From positions 150,371 to 214,370 of the forward strand of contig CAWDED010000001.1 in NCBI GenBank assembly GCA_963801225.1: 64,000 bases of DNA, read 5' to 3'. A program made the translations under genes and the position numbers. Numbering within the stretch: position 1 is the stretch's first letter; every line of letters starts with the position of its first letter. Positions 10,701 through 26,633 of the stretch are shown piece after piece. The notes beneath the pieces were generated by a model. The model saw nothing but the letters and a program-made list of their open reading frames with translations. It searched no databases and had not been told where the DNA came from. The stretch comes from an uncultured Alphaproteobacteria bacterium. Its GTDB lineage: Bacteria > Pseudomonadota > Alphaproteobacteria > Rhizobiales > Afifellaceae.

Positions 10701-10966
10701 AGCAACCCGGCAAGCGCGAGCAGGACGATCAAGGCCCGCGCCGCCGGCCGGAGAAGCCGCGCGGAGCGGAAGGCAAGCGGGGCCCGCGTCCGGGCAAGCG
10801 CCGCCCCGACAAGCGTGACGGGCAGCGCGAGGGAGGCGAGCGCCGCCAGTGGCAGGATCGCGCCCAGGATCGGGCCCCTCGGCGCGAGCGCGCCATCGAT
10901 CCGGACAACCCCTTCGCGGCCCTGCAGGCGCTCAAGAAGGAGCTGGAGGACGGCAGCCGAGAATGA
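7793..10966 (+). CDS. ATP-dependent SUV3-like helicase with Pro/Glu-rich and Arg-rich tail; two frameshifts as assembled
   Basis: Helicase motifs GPTNTGKTH, AIDEVQ, SPRTRNKQ, ATDAIGMGLNLD and QIAGRAGR. The conserved sequence continues in frame 0 (SPDSEIVLSIDGHLRWQG...) after a 1-nt insertion at ~9447. It returns to the original frame after loss of one C in the C-run at 10444-10449. Confidence 0.8.
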   Translation: MNAPARTRRWSARNVTAVLGPTNTGKTHLAIERMLGHESGVIGLPLRLLAREVYARVAARAGEDQVALVTGEEKIVPAHPRYWVSTVEAMPRETDAAFVAIDEVQIAADLERGHVFTDRILNLRGSQETLLLGAATMRGIIEQLLPGVHVVTRPRMSVLSYSGQKKLTRLPERSAIVAFSADEVYAVGELIRRQRGGAAVVLGALSPRTRNKQVEIYQSGDVDFLVATDAIGMGLNLDLDHVAFASNRKYDGYQFRELTAAELGQIAGRAGRHMHDGTFGVTGRVDPLPDPLVEALETHRFEPVRTIQWRSDTLDFSSLAALKASLDETPQTEGLTRAQPAQDQQALEALAGDEEVADRVRGPAEVRRLWDVSQLPDYRKISPAQHAQLIGEIFRFVSDGGVVPDDWIAERIKQANRTDGDIDTLSARIAHIRTWAFVANQADWLAEPSVWREETKAVEDELSDALHERLTKRFIDRRTSVLMRRLRENSVLDAEITPSGDVMVEGHQVGVLQGFRFTPDPQAGGAEAQTLRGAAQKALAAALTDRAARLARVARQRDRAVDRRASALAGRAGGPPHRERRHAEAAPGAARRRALERRAARRGGGAAERLAQQPHRHAAEAARRPQRRPGAVRHGARHRLPAGGESRRAGAPRRAFGGARARPGRPRRPAPPRRPLRRLPHLHPGAAEAGAEHAGGAALGAEEPRARHAGPCRACGGLRIGPHLRRRRPGLRGGPLPALRLPHLWRPRHPHRHPGAARRSHPPGAGLEAGCREREAGGRVRRGRRLRGHARHDIAARRLGRRHGGGAQGSRLPLREAAEAGRAGRCGAKPRGGGAVRGRAAGRGAPVGARRARAGAGSRRGAAGSRAGNPAAVRAAGRGASRGVPPAEPPAEEPPVEEPTVEPQASEAPVEAQGEPQPVAAAVDGDAVAEEAAAEPAPEASAEPETIEVWRLASQQPRRPPRHRRAGGEQQPGKREQDDQGPRRRPEKPRGAEGKRGPRPGKRRPDKRDGQREGGERRQWQDRAQDRAPRRERAIDPDNPFAALQALKKELEDGSRE

Positions 10967-11313
10967 AGCGGCCGGAATCGACGCCGCCTGCTCAGGATTT
11001 GGGGGCGCAGCGAATCGATAAATGGCTGTGGCATGCCCGTTTCGTCCGCACCCGCGGCGCCGCGCAGGAACTGGCACGCTCCGGGCATGTCCGCGTCAAC
11101 CGCGACAAGGTGCGCGACGCCGCCCGGCTGGTGCGTCCCGGCGATGTTCTGACGCTCGGCCTCAGGCACGGCGTGCGGGTCATCCGCATCCTCGGCATTG
11201 CCGAGCGCCGCGACAACTTCGCCCTGGCGCAGCTGCTCTACGAGGAGGAAACGCCGTCGCAGCCCCCCTCAGGGCAAGCCCCCACCTCGCGGAATGCCGA
11301 TTCGGAGGAATAG
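10963..11313 (+). CDS. RNA-binding S4 domain protein (Hsp15/HslR-like)
   Basis: ATG at 10963 overlaps the helicase stop (ATGA). QRIDKWLWHARFVRTRGAAQELARSGHVRVN is an S4 fold signature. Confidence 0.8.
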   Translation: MKRPESTPPAQDLGAQRIDKWLWHARFVRTRGAAQELARSGHVRVNRDKVRDAARLVRPGDVLTLGLRHGVRVIRILGIAERRDNFALAQLLYEEETPSQPPSGQAPTSRNADSEE

Positions 11314-11408
11314 TTTCCCGTTCGCCGTCGACCTGTGGCGTTCTAAGACTTGAAGGAAGCCGCCAAAGCCATTACGCCGCATCGCGTTAGGCCTTCCCGG
11401 AGCGTGCC

Positions 11409-11747
11409 ATGACCTATGTGGTCACCGATAAGTGCATTCGGTGCAAATACATGGACTGCGTTGAAGTCTGCCCCGTCGATTGCTTCTACGAGGGCGATAA
11501 CATGCTCGTCATCCATCCCGACGAGTGCATCGATTGCGGCGTGTGCGAGCCGGAATGTCCGGTCGACGCGATCCGACCCGACACCGAGCCCGGCCTCGAT
11601 CAGTGGTTGTCCCTGAACGCGGAATACGCCGATAAATGGCCGAACATCACCATCAAGCGCGATCCGCCGGCCGACGCCGCCGAGCATGACAACGAAGGCG
11701 ACAAGTTCGAGAAATACTTCTCCGCCGACCCCGGCCAGGGCGATTAG
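11409..11747 (+). CDS. fdxA: 7Fe ferredoxin FdxA
   Basis: [55 protein letters not shown] shows the classic [3Fe-4S][4Fe-4S] cysteine pattern. Confidence 0.95.
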   Translation: MTYVVTDKCIRCKYMDCVEVCPVDCFYEGDNMLVIHPDECIDCGVCEPECPVDAIRPDTEPGLDQWLSLNAEYADKWPNITIKRDPPADAAEHDNEGDKFEKYFSADPGQGD

Positions 11748-11929
11748 CCTGGCGGTCAGTCGCACGCGGGACTTTGGAAGGCGATCCAGCGGAGGAAAAT
11801 CCTGCCGAATAGTAAAAGTGCCTATTTATGGCAGTGAGGCCGGCTGTTGCCGCGCCTTGGACCATGCGTTCGGCCAGTAGATTGCGGGCCTACTTCTCGT
11901 ACGTGCCCTGCGTCCCAAGCAACAATTCC

Positions 11930-11959
11930 TTGATTTCCAGGCGTTTTTTGCGCTATATA
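11930..11959 (+). promoter_or_regulatory. candidate sigma70-type promoter upstream of carD
   Basis: TTGATT (11930-11935), an 18-nt spacer, then TATATA (11954-11959), embedded in the GCGCT-ATATAG-AGCGC dyad. It would give a ~190-nt leader. Sequence pattern only. Confidence 0.3.
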
Positions 11960-12148
11960 GAGCGCATCCGGAGAGCCCGGCCTTCCGGGTCAATCGAACA
12001 AGAGTGGATTGGGGGGCGGACCGCCGCGCTCAGCGGAGCGGCGTGGTCATCCGTAGAAAAAATGGGGTGCTGAAGCGCCGGTTCTTGAAATCGGCGCGGT
12101 CGAAACTTGCCATCAGCAGCGCGGTGGAGCGCAGCAGGAGTTTTCTGT

Positions 12149-12718
12149 ATGTCGAAGAAAACGGTCCAGCGTCATGGTTTTCGCACGAGCGAGAGCATCG
12201 TGTATCCGGCTCACGGTGTCGGCAAGATCGTCGATATCGAGGAGCAGGAAGTCGCGGGGATGACCCTGGAGCTGTTCGTCATCCACTTCGAAAAGGACAA
12301 GATGACGCTCAGGGTTCCTGTAGCGAAGGCCACGACCGTCGGCATGCGCAAGCTCGCCGACGAGGAAATCGTCGGCAAGGCCTTCACGACCGTGCGCGGC
12401 CGCGCCCGCGTGAAGCGCACCATGTGGAGCCGCCGCGCGCAGGAATACGAGGCGAAGATCAATTCCGGCGACCTCATCGCCATCTCCGAGGTGGTGCGCG
12501 ACCTCTACCGCTCGCAGTCGCAGCCCGAGCCCTCCTATTCGGAGCGCCAGCTCTACGAGCAGGCGATCGACCGCATGTCGCGCGAAGTCTCCGTGGTGGA
12601 GAAGATCACCGAGGCGGAAGCGATGCTGAAGATCGAGAAGGCCATCGAGGCGAGCCCGAAGCGCAAGCGCGCCACCGCGCAGAGCGAGGAAGCGGCGGAA
12701 GACAAGGCGGCGGCTTAG
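12149..12718 (+). CDS. carD: CarD family transcriptional regulator
   Basis: ATG at 12149 lies 8 nt after AGGAG. The product contains IVYPAHGVGKIVDIEEQEVAGMTLELFVIHFEKDKMTLRVPV and RRAQEYEAKINSGDL. Confidence 0.9.
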   Translation: MSKKTVQRHGFRTSESIVYPAHGVGKIVDIEEQEVAGMTLELFVIHFEKDKMTLRVPVAKATTVGMRKLADEEIVGKAFTTVRGRARVKRTMWSRRAQEYEAKINSGDLIAISEVVRDLYRSQSQPEPSYSERQLYEQAIDRMSREVSVVEKITEAEAMLKIEKAIEASPKRKRATAQSEEAAEDKAAA

Positions 12719-12745
12719 CGCCCCCTCCCCGGCTTCTGAAACGAC

Positions 12746-12779
12746 AAACGCCGCTGTTCGCAGCGGCGTTTTTTGTTTG
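12746..12779 (+). terminator. rho-independent terminator between convergent carD and atpC
   Basis: An 11-bp perfect stem, AAACGCCGCTG with loop TTCG then CAGCGGCGTTT, is followed by TTTTTTGTTT. The reverse strand has a weaker TTTG tail. Confidence 0.7.
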
Positions 12780-12805
12780 GCGAGAAGGCTCGCTACCGCC
12801 GATCG

Positions 12806-13217
12806 TCAGGCCGGGATGATCCAGCGCTGGACTTCCTTCAGCTCGTTGAGCTTCGCCTCCGCGGAGAGGCGCTTGGTGTGATCGTCGCCGGCACCGGCGA
12901 CGTCTTCTTCGAGATTGCGCACCTCCTGCGCGAGCATCTCGGCGTTCAGTTCCTCAAGAGGAATCGCCTGCTCGGCGAGCAGCGTCAGGCCAGCGGGGGT
13001 CACGTCGGCGAAGCCGCCGCGCACGAAGAACCGCTGCATGTCGCCCGACAGGCCCTTCACCTCGACCAGCCCGGGCTTCAGCGTGCTCATGACCGGCGCG
13101 TGGTGCGCAAGCACGGTGAAATAGCCCTCCGTGCCGGGCACCATCACCGATTCCACCTCCTCCGACAGGAGCAGGCGCTCCGGGCGAGACGAGATCGAAC
13201 TTGAGAGGGTCGGCCAT
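12806..13217 (-). CDS. atpC: F0F1 ATP synthase subunit epsilon; one frameshift as assembled
   Basis: MADPLKFDLVSP is in one frame. ERLLLSEEVESVMVPGTEGYFTVLAHHAPVMSTLKPG continues after an extra base at ~13180 (CCCGGAGCG versus expected CCCGAGCGC). Confidence 0.9.
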
Positions 13218-13231
13218 GTCCGTCCTTCAGC

Positions 13232-15861
<2,630 letters not shown>

Positions 15862-15890
15862 GAGCGGCTGGTCCCTTCGTCAGGCAGGCT

Positions 15891-17421
<1,531 letters not shown>

Positions 17422-17422
<1 letters not shown>

Positions 17423-17983
17423 CAGCCGACCTCTTTGAGATGGGTTTTAACGGTCATGAGTCTGGTGCGGAGCGACGTGTCGATCATGCGCGAGCCGACC
17501 TTCACGACGAGCCCGCCGAGAATCGCGGGGTTGACGCTGCGCGCTCAGCGTCACGTCCTTGCCGAGCTTCTCCTTGAGGGCCGCCTTCAGCGCGGCGACC
17601 TGCTCGTCGCTGAGCGCCTGGGCCGAGGTGACCTCGGCGGTGACCTCGCCGCGCTCGGCGGCGGCCATGGCGCGGAACGCCTGGATCATGCCGGGCAGCG
17701 CGAAGAGCCGCCGGTTGTGCGCGACGAGCCTGAGGAAATTGCCGGTGAGCCCGGTGATGCCCGCCTTGTCGGCGACGGCACCGATCGCCCGCTGCTGCTC
17801 CTCCGAGGAGAAGACCGGGCTCTTCACCAGGCGCCGCAAATCCTCGCTCTCGCTCAGCATTGCGGAGAGCTGCTCAAGCTGGCTCTCAACATTGGCGAGG
17901 GCCGATTCGTCGCGCGCAAGGTCGAAAAGGGCTGAGGCGTAACGTTCCGCTACGCCAGAAACAGGGCTTGTTCGATCCGCCAC
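17422..17983 (-). CDS. atpH: F0F1 ATP synthase subunit delta; one frameshift as assembled
   Basis: GTG start, [16 protein letters not shown]... After DVTLSAQ the conserved [37 protein letters not shown] lies in another frame (1-nt insertion at ~17541). The stop overlaps the atpA start (TGATG). Confidence 0.9.
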
Positions 17984-18222
17984 GCGCAGTCTCTTCTTTC
18001 GAGGCTGGCCCGGTGTTCGGGGTCCAGGACTAAGGGCAAAAGCTCAGCGTGCGCGGTCCAGCGGCCCGGGCCAAGCTCGGCGGTCGCATAGCATGCGGGT
18101 TTTGGCGGCGCAACACGGCGCGAAGCGGCAACTCCGCCGCACTGCTCGGCATTCACAACAAGCCGAAGCCTTACCCCTCCGATTTCGAACAAGGTCGGCC
18201 TTACGACGCGGCACATGTCACG

Positions 18223-18615
18223 TCAGTGCGCCTTTCCCGGCTTCACCCGCTCGCGTGACAGGCCCTTCTCTCGAAGCTCCTCCAGGTAGCGCGGCCACCA
18301 TGTGTCGTGCTCATGCGCCAGTTGCATGAAATAGTCCCAGGAATATATTCCTGTATCGTGCAGATCGTCGAAATGCAGGCGGACAGCGTAATTGCCCACC
18401 GGCTCGACCTTGATGATCTCCACCGCCTCTTTGCCGCCCACCACCTGGCGCTGATCGGGGGAATGGCCCTGCACCTCGGCGGAGGGCGAGAACACGCGGA
18501 GATATTCGGCCGCGAGCGCGTGCTTCTCGGCATTGTCGAACGTCACGATCAGCGTGCGGCGGTCCTTGGACAGGCGAATTTCGGTCGGCCAGGGTGTGGG
18601 CAGTTTCGCCTCCAT
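18223..18615 (-). CDS. DUF971 (gamma-butyrobetaine hydroxylase-like N-terminal domain) protein
   Basis: Starts at ATG 18615: MEAKLPTPWPTEIRLSKDRRTLIVTFDN...LRVFSPSAEVQGH...VGNYAVRLHFDDLHDTGIYSWDY. Confidence 0.75.
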   Translation of the reverse strand: MEAKLPTPWPTEIRLSKDRRTLIVTFDNAEKHALAAEYLRVFSPSAEVQGHSPDQRQVVGGKEAVEIIKVEPVGNYAVRLHFDDLHDTGIYSWDYFMQLAHEHDTWWPRYLEELREKGLSRERVKPGKAH

Positions 18616-18730
18616 CGGTGCACTCCGCGCGGTAAATCCCGGGATCGGGCCCTTGGAACCGCGGGCTTTGCCCACTAGATTGTCTCGATAGGGGGGCGGC
18701 ACAAGCCGGATAACGCCGTTGAGCAGCGCA

Positions 18731-19762
18731 ATGCCCATCATCACCGGGCCGGAGAACGATCCCGGCCGCATGATCGACCCGTTCGGCCGCGCCATCACCT
18801 ATCTGCGCGTGTCGGTCACCGACCGCTGCGACTTCCGCTGCGTCTATTGCATGGCGGAGGACATGACCTTCCTGCCGAAGCGCGACCTCCTGACGCTGGA
18901 GGAGCTCGACCGGCTGTGCACCGCCTTCGTCGAAAAGGGCGTCAGGAAGCTGCGCATCACCGGCGGCGAGCCGCTCGTCCGGCGCAACATCATGAGCCTC
19001 TTCGAGGCGCTCGGGCGGCACCTTGAATCGGGCGCGCTGGAGGAGCTGACGCTCACCACCAACGGCTCGCAGCTGGAGCGCTTCGCCGGGCAATTGCGCG
19101 ACGCCGGCGTCAGGCGCGTCAACGTCTCGCTCGACACGCTCGACCGCGCAGAAATTCAAGGCGATCACCCGCTGGGGCGATCTCGGCAAGGTGATGGCCG
19201 GCATCCGCGCGGCGCAGGCGGCGGGGCTCGCCATCAAGCTCAACGCGGTGGCGCTGAAGGGCGTCAACGAGGAAGAGATTCCCGAGATGCTGCGCTTCGC
19301 GCATGGCGAGGGCATGGACCTGACGCTGATCGAGACCATGCCGCTCGGCGACATCGACGGCGACCGCACGGACCAGTACCTGCCGCTGTCGCAGGTGCAG
19401 GGCCGAGCTCGCCGAGCGCTTCACGCTCGACCGACATCCCCTACAAGACCGGCGGCCCGGCGCGCTACGTGGAAGTGGCGGAGACCGGCGGGCGGCTCGG
19501 CTTCATCACGCCGCTCACCCATAATTTCTGCGAGAGCTGCAACCGCGTGCGCGTGACCTGCACCGGCACGCTCTATATGTGCCTCGGGCAGGAGGACGCC
19601 GCGGACCTGCGCGCGCCGCTGCGCGCCTCGGAGGGCAACGACCTCCTCGACGCGGCCATCGACGAGGCGATCTCCCGCAAGCCCAAGGGCCACGACTTCA
19701 TCATCGACCGCCGCACCAGGGCGCCGGCCGTGTCGCGGCATATGAGCGTCACCGGCGGCTGA
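18731..19762 (+). CDS. moaA: GTP 3',8-cyclase MoaA; three frameshifts as assembled
   Basis: The radical-SAM motif [13 protein letters not shown] is present. Frames change at ~19151 (…[20 protein letters not shown]), at ~19399 (AELAERFTL) and at ~19429 ([13 protein letters not shown]...[14 protein letters not shown]). All three are 1-nt insertions. Confidence 0.9.
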   Translation: MPIITGPENDPGRMIDPFGRAITYLRVSVTDRCDFRCVYCMAEDMTFLPKRDLLTLEELDRLCTAFVEKGVRKLRITGGEPLVRRNIMSLFEALGRHLESGALEELTLTTNGSQLERFAGQLRDAGVRRVNVSLDTLDRAEIQGDHPLGRSRQGDGRHPRGAGGGARHQAQRGGAEGRQRGRDSRDAALRAWRGHGPDADRDHAARRHRRRPHGPVPAAVAGAGPSSPSASRSTDIPYKTGGPARYVEVAETGGRLGFITPLTHNFCESCNRVRVTCTGTLYMCLGQEDAADLRAPLRASEGNDLLDAAIDEAISRKPKGHDFIIDRRTRAPAVSRHMSVTGG

Positions 19763-20768
19763 CGGCTTCGCTGCTCCGCGCAGCGGCCGCGCCCGGGATC
19801 GTCGAGGCGGCCTGGGTCGCCGGCTTCGACTTCAGCAGCGTCACGAACAGGACGCCGACGGCGACAAGCGCGGCTCCGACAAAGTGGTACCATTCGATCC
19901 GCTCGCTGAGGATCAGCCAGGCGAAGATCGCGATGAAGATCGGCTGCGTGTATTGCAGCGTTCCGGCGCGCGAGGCGCCCAAAATCTCGATGCTCCAATT
20001 GTAGAGCATGTAGAGGAGCCCGCCGCCGATGGTGCCGCAGTAGAGCAGCGCCAGATAGCCCTTCATCGCAAGATGCGTGTGGTCTCCGCGCCAGACCTCC
20101 AGGAGAGCGAAAGGCAGCGACCCCAGGGCGCCGAAGAAGAGCAGGATGACCAGCAGCGGAATGAGCGGAATGCCGAACTTCGCCCGCTTCAAAAGCACCG
20201 TGTAGCCTGCAAAAAGCACCGCCGCGCCAAAGGCGACGAGATCGCCCGCTCCAACCTGCAGGCCGATCAAGCGGGCGTAGCTTCCCTGAACGGCGATGAC
20301 GACGACCCCGCAGAAGGCGATCGCCGACCCGATCCCCTGCCAATAATTCATGCTTTCGCGAAGCACGAAGTGAGCGCCGACCAGCATGAGAATGGGAGCC
20401 AGGGAGAACACGATGCCCGCATTGACCGCGCTGGTCAGGTAAAGCGACGTGAACATGACGCCCTGCGTGAGGCCGAGGCCGATGGCGCCGATGAAGGCAG
20501 CCTCCAGCCAGCGTTCACGCAGCAGCGCAACCATCTCGCGACGATGGCCGAGGGCGAGCGGAAGCAGAGCCAGTGCGGAAATGAAGGCGCGGGACGAGCA
20601 CAGAATCCAAGGCGGCATTTCGCCGGAAGCCAGCTTGATCGCGATAAAGACGCTGCCGCCGATCACCCATGTCAGCAGTCCCGCCGCATAGCCTGCGGCT
20701 TCCGAGCGCGCCGAGATCCCCTTCTTGGCAACGGCCCCTTCCGCTACCGCCCAGACGTGCAAGGCCAT
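19749..20768 (-). CDS. DMT superfamily (EamA-like) transporter
   Basis: Intact 339-aa ORF for a 10-TM-type protein with duplicated EamA halves. Its 3' end overlaps the moaA 3' end by 14 nt (convergent). Confidence 0.8.
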   Translation of the reverse strand: MALHVWAVAEGAVAKKGISARSEAAGYAAGLLTWVIGGSVFIAIKLASGEMPPWILCSSRAFISALALLPLALGHRREMVALLRERWLEAAFIGAIGLGLTQGVMFTSLYLTSAVNAGIVFSLAPILMLVGAHFVLRESMNYWQGIGSAIAFCGVVVIAVQGSYARLIGLQVGAGDLVAFGAAVLFAGYTVLLKRAKFGIPLIPLLVILLFFGALGSLPFALLEVWRGDHTHLAMKGYLALLYCGTIGGGLLYMLYNWSIEILGASRAGTLQYTQPIFIAIFAWLILSERIEWYHFVGAALVAVGVLFVTLLKSKPATQAASTIPGAAAARSSEAVSRR

Positions 20769-20960
20769 GATTTCCCCGATCCGGCTGCAGCCAGTTATCG
20801 GAGGCTAGCTGCCTCGGGTTAACGACGCGTGCGGCACGGCTCACGAATTTTCCACGGCCCGCCGGCTGCCCCGTCAGAGCATGGCTCTCGCGCGAGCTAT
20901 GCCTTCCGCTTATGGCTGCGACCTGATAGAGCCGGCGTCCACCCGCGCTTTTCAACAGCA

Positions 20961-21888
20961 ATGTCCCCTGCCCCGTCCTTCAGCGAAAATTCGCGCGGCA
21001 TCCTGTTCATGCTGGGCGCCTCGGCGGGCTTCATCGTCAACGACACCTGCGTGAAGCTGGCCAGCGAGGAGATGTCGATCGGGGAGATCCTCGTGGTCCG
21101 CAGCCTGATCGCGCTGCCTGTGGTGGCATTGCTCGGCTTTCAACAGGGCGCGTTCCGCGATCTGCGTCTGCTGGCGGAGCGCTTCATCTGGCTGCGCGCC
21201 GTGGGCGAGATCGGGGCTGCCGCTTTCTACCTGACGGCGCTGGCCCACATGGCCATCGCCAATTCCACGGCCATCATACAGATCGTGCCGCTGGCGGCCA
21301 CCGCGGCAGCGGCCCTGCTGCTCGGCGAGACCGTCGGCATCCGCCGCTGGGCCGCGATCTTAGTCGGTCTGTGCGCCGTGCTCGTGATCATCCGGCCCGG
21401 GCATGGAGGGCTTCAACGTCTGGTCCGTGTCGGCGCTGATTGCCGTCGTCTTCGTCGTCGTTCGGGACCTGTCGTCGCGCATGCTGCCGCCGCAGACGCA
21501 TCCGCTCGCCGTGTCCTGCCTGTCGCTCGCCGCCTCCATCCCGCTTGGCCTCGCCATGCTGCCCTTCTCCTTCTGGGCGCCGATCACCACGCGCGGGATG
21601 CTGCTTTGCGCCGGCAGCGCTCTGTCCCTCTCCTTCGCCTACGTGATGATCGTGCAGGCCATGCGCCACGGCGAGGTCGGGGTCGTCTCGGCCTTCCGCT
21701 ACGCCATCATGCTGATGGCCATCGTCGTTCAGGTCGCCGTCTTCGCCTCGTGGCCGGACACGCTGACCCTGGCCGGCAGCGCCGTGCTCCTCGCCACGGG
21801 GCTCTACACCCTCTACCGCGAGCGCAAGGTCAAAGGCGGAGAGGCGACGCTGACCAGCGAGCCGGCCGCCTATCCGCCGCCGCAGTGA
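20961..21888 (+). CDS. DMT superfamily (EamA-like) transporter; one frameshift as assembled
   Basis: MSPAPSFSENSRGILFMLGASAGFIVND...VLVIIRPG continues as MEGFNVWSVSALIAVVFVV... in the +1 frame. An extra base lies at ~21401. Confidence 0.8.
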
Positions 21889-21896
21889 CCGAGACG

Positions 21897-23129
21897 ATGC
21901 GGCCCAACCAGTTCGATCCCGGCCCCGAGCCGCAACCGGTCGCAAGGCGCAAGCCACCGATCTTTGCGCTGGTCGCCATATCGGCTGTCAGCCCTTTCGC
22001 CATCAATTCCGTCCTCCCCTCGCTGCCGGCGATCGCGCTGGCATTCGATGCCTCGTACAGCCGTGTGCAGCTTCTGCTGTCGCTTTACCTCGCCGCTATC
22101 GCGACGGCGCAGATCTTCGTTGGTCCGCTGTCGGACCGGTTCGGACGGCGGCCGGTGCTGTTCGTCGGGTTCGCGCTCTTCATCGCCTCTTCGCTGCTCG
22201 CCTTGGCCGCTCCCAACGTCGAAGCGCTCATCGCCATCCGCGTCGTGCAGGGGGCGACGGGCTGCGTCGGCATCGTGCTCGGCCGCGCCATCGTGCGTGA
22301 CCTTTTCGAACGGCGGCAGGCGGCCAGCATGCTCGGCTATGTCACGATGGGGCTTGCGGTCGCCCCCATGGTGGCGCCCGTGATCGGTGGGCTGCTGCAG
22401 GAAACCCTGGGCTGGGGCTCGATATTCGCATTCACGGCTCTGCTCGGCATCATCGCCATCGTCGTCACCTGGGCCTTCGTGCCGGAAACCAACCTCCATC
22501 CAACCTCGCGATTGAGCTTTGCAACCGTCTTCAGGGATTTCGGGCTGCTGGGGCGCAATCTGGATTTCATTCTCTTCACCGCCAGCTTCGGTTTCACCGC
22601 GGGCGTCTTCTTCGCCTTTCTCGGTGGCGCGCCCTACATCGCCGAGCACATCCTCGGGCTCTCGCCCGGCGTCTACGGAGCATGGTTCGGCGTCACGCCG
22701 GTCGGCTACATGATCGGCAACTACATCTCGGCCCGCTTCACCGACCGGTTCGGCGTCGCCCGCATGATCCTGGGGGGCTCGATCGTGGGACTTGCCGCCG
22801 CCTTGCTGTCGCCGGTGCTGTTCCACTTCGGATTTGGCGGCCGCCTGGCACTCTTCCTGCCCATGGTCATCGTCGGCGTCGCCAACGGCATGGTGATGCC
22901 GAGCGCCATATCGGGCGCCATCAGCGTGCGGCCCGAGATCGCCGGCGCGGCAGCCGGCCTGTCCGGCGCGGTCCAGATCGGCATTGGCGCCGCGCTGTCC
23001 GCCGCCGCCGGCGCGGCCCTGGCAGGCGGGACATCCGCCATGCCGCTGTTCGTGCTGATGAGCATCACGGGCGTCGCGGCACTCCTCGTGGCCATCGCGA
23101 TCTATCCGCGCAACCGGCCGCAGCCCTGA
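21897..23129 (+). CDS. MFS transporter, Bcr/CflA-type drug-resistance family
   Basis: Intact 410-aa, 12-TM protein with the motif GPLSDRFGRRPVL. It is merged into the artefactual 766-aa track ORF 20829-23129. Confidence 0.85.
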   Translation: MRPNQFDPGPEPQPVARRKPPIFALVAISAVSPFAINSVLPSLPAIALAFDASYSRVQLLLSLYLAAIATAQIFVGPLSDRFGRRPVLFVGFALFIASSLLALAAPNVEALIAIRVVQGATGCVGIVLGRAIVRDLFERRQAASMLGYVTMGLAVAPMVAPVIGGLLQETLGWGSIFAFTALLGIIAIVVTWAFVPETNLHPTSRLSFATVFRDFGLLGRNLDFILFTASFGFTAGVFFAFLGGAPYIAEHILGLSPGVYGAWFGVTPVGYMIGNYISARFTDRFGVARMILGGSIVGLAAALLSPVLFHFGFGGRLALFLPMVIVGVANGMVMPSAISGAISVRPEIAGAAAGLSGAVQIGIGAALSAAAGAALAGGTSAMPLFVLMSITGVAALLVAIAIYPRNRPQP

Positions 23130-23235
23130 TCCCGCCGCGCCGCCGGGCGGTCGCCCGCACCGATGCAAATCGCGCTCGCAAAACGGCCATCAAAGGCGTG
23201 TAATGAGACGATGCGAAGCGGCCCGGAGGTCGAGG

Positions 23236-23280
23236 GCATGATCCCGAAAAGTGGAAGCCGGTCTGCCGCCTTCGCGAAGC
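23236..23280. repeat. 45-nt dispersed intergenic repeat, copy 1
   Basis: GCATGATCCCGAAAAGTGGAAGCCGGTCTGCCGCCTTCGCGAAGC matches 29300-29344 at 39 of 45 positions. It resembles the CATGATCC..AAAGTGG.AACCGGTT intergenic repeat common in rhizobial genomes. Confidence 0.6.
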
Positions 23281-23367
23281 CCGCTTCGGCGGGCGAAGCA
23301 AGGCCGGACAGGATCACGCTCCCCAAAAGCGGTGGGCCGGCTTCGGCTCAACAGGAGAGGTAGGACC

Positions 23368-25360
<1,993 letters not shown>

Positions 25361-25478
25361 GCTCAGACGTCTGGTCCCCCCGCCTAGCCGGCGGCCGACG
25401 TCCGAGGGGGCGCCGCACGCGTGCGACGCGCTCCCCCGCGCCTTGTGGCGCCGCCGGGCGCTCCCTATTGTTTCGCCC

Positions 25479-26377
25479 ATGAGCGAGACCCCGCCCCGCA
25501 TCTTCCCCGGACCCCGACGATCCGCGGCTTTCCAGCGTCGTCAGCGGGATCGACCAGAACGGCGCAGCCGTCGAGACGCGCGTCGTCACCGAGCGGCCGC
25601 TGACGCTTTATCTGAACCGCCAGGAGATCGTCACCATGATGACGATCGGCGACTATCCGGACCTTCTGGCGGTCGGCTACCTGAAGAACCAGAACATGCT
25701 GCCGGCCGACAATCCGGTGACCGGCGTCGACTATGACGACGAGCTCGGCGTCGCCGTGGTGCGCACCGAGCGGGAGACCAACTACGAGGACAAGCTGAAG
25801 AAGAAGGTGCGCACCTCCGGCTGCGCGCAGGGCACGGTGTTCGGCGACATGATGGCCGGCTTCGAGACGATCGAGTTGGCGAAAGACAGCGTGATCCGAA
25901 CGAGCTGGCTCTATGCGCTCACCAAGGAGATCAACACGACGCCGTCGCTCTATCTGAACGCCGGGGCGATCCACGGCTGCGTGCTGTGCCGGGAGGACCG
26001 GCCGCTGGTCTACATGGAGGATGTCGGCCGCCACAATGCCGTGGACAAGATCGCCGGCTGGATGTGGCTGAACGGCGTCTCGCCGCGCGACAAGATTTTC
26101 TACACGACCGGCCGCCTCACCTCCGAGATGGTCATCAAGACGGTGATGATGGAGATTCCGATCCTCGTCTCGCGCTCCGGTTTCACCGCCTGGGGCGTGG
26201 AGCTGGCCCGCGAGGCAGGGCTGACGCTGATCGGCCGCGCGCGTGGCCGGCGCTTCGTGGCGCTCGCCGGCGCCGAGCGCATCGTCTTCGACGCCGACCC
26301 GGCCCACGCCGAGGAGGAAGAGGCCCGCCACGCCCGCAAGGGCGGCAGAACGGATCGCAAACGAGGCCGCGGAGTGA
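25479..26377 (+). CDS. fdhD: formate dehydrogenase accessory sulfurtransferase FdhD; one or two frameshifts as assembled
   Basis: MSETPPRIFP is followed after an insertion at ~25509 by DPDDPRLSSVVSGIDQNGAAVETRVVTERPLTLYLN...GRHNAVDKIAG...VSRSGFTAWGVELAREAGLTLIGRARG. As assembled it reads into hicA. A second insertion at ~26340 would end it at TGA 26375-26377, overlapping the hicA GTG (GTGA). Confidence 0.85.
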
Positions 26378-26633
26378 GCTCCGATCGATTGGAGCGGATG
26401 CGCGCCAATCCCCGTGCCGACTGGACCATCGCCGACGTGGAGACAGTCTGCACCGAGCATGATGTGCATTGCGAGCCGGCACGCGGAGGCGGTTCCACTA
26501 CAAGGTTTTCCACCCCCTCATGCGTGATATACTGACGGTTCCAAGGCGTCGGCCTATCAAGCCTGTCTGCATCCGCCGCCTTGTCCGTTTCATCGATCTC
26601 GTGCAGGAAGCCCGCCGTGATGGCAAAGCTTGA
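26374..26633 (+). CDS. hicA: HicA-like type II toxin; one frameshift as assembled
   Basis: GTG at 26374. ...ANPRADWTIADVETVCTEHDVHCEPARGGGS continues as HYKVFHPLMRDILTVPRRRPIKPVCIRRLVRFIDLV after loss of one C at ~26496. It has a GSH-type motif and sits directly upstream of hicB, overlapping it. Confidence 0.6.

Noticed and set aside
18616-18730. Moco riboswitch upstream of moaA
   Set aside because: I recognised none of the conserved Moco-motif sequence or structure elements in the 115-nt leader. I cannot run a covariance model, so this is a weak negative.
20829-23129. 766-aa ORF suggesting a giant EamA-MFS fusion transporter
   Set aside because: The middle third is out-of-frame nonsense (RLRRRSGPVVAHAAA...). 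The EamA gene continues in the +1 frame to its own stop at 21888, and the MFS gene has its own ATG at 21897.
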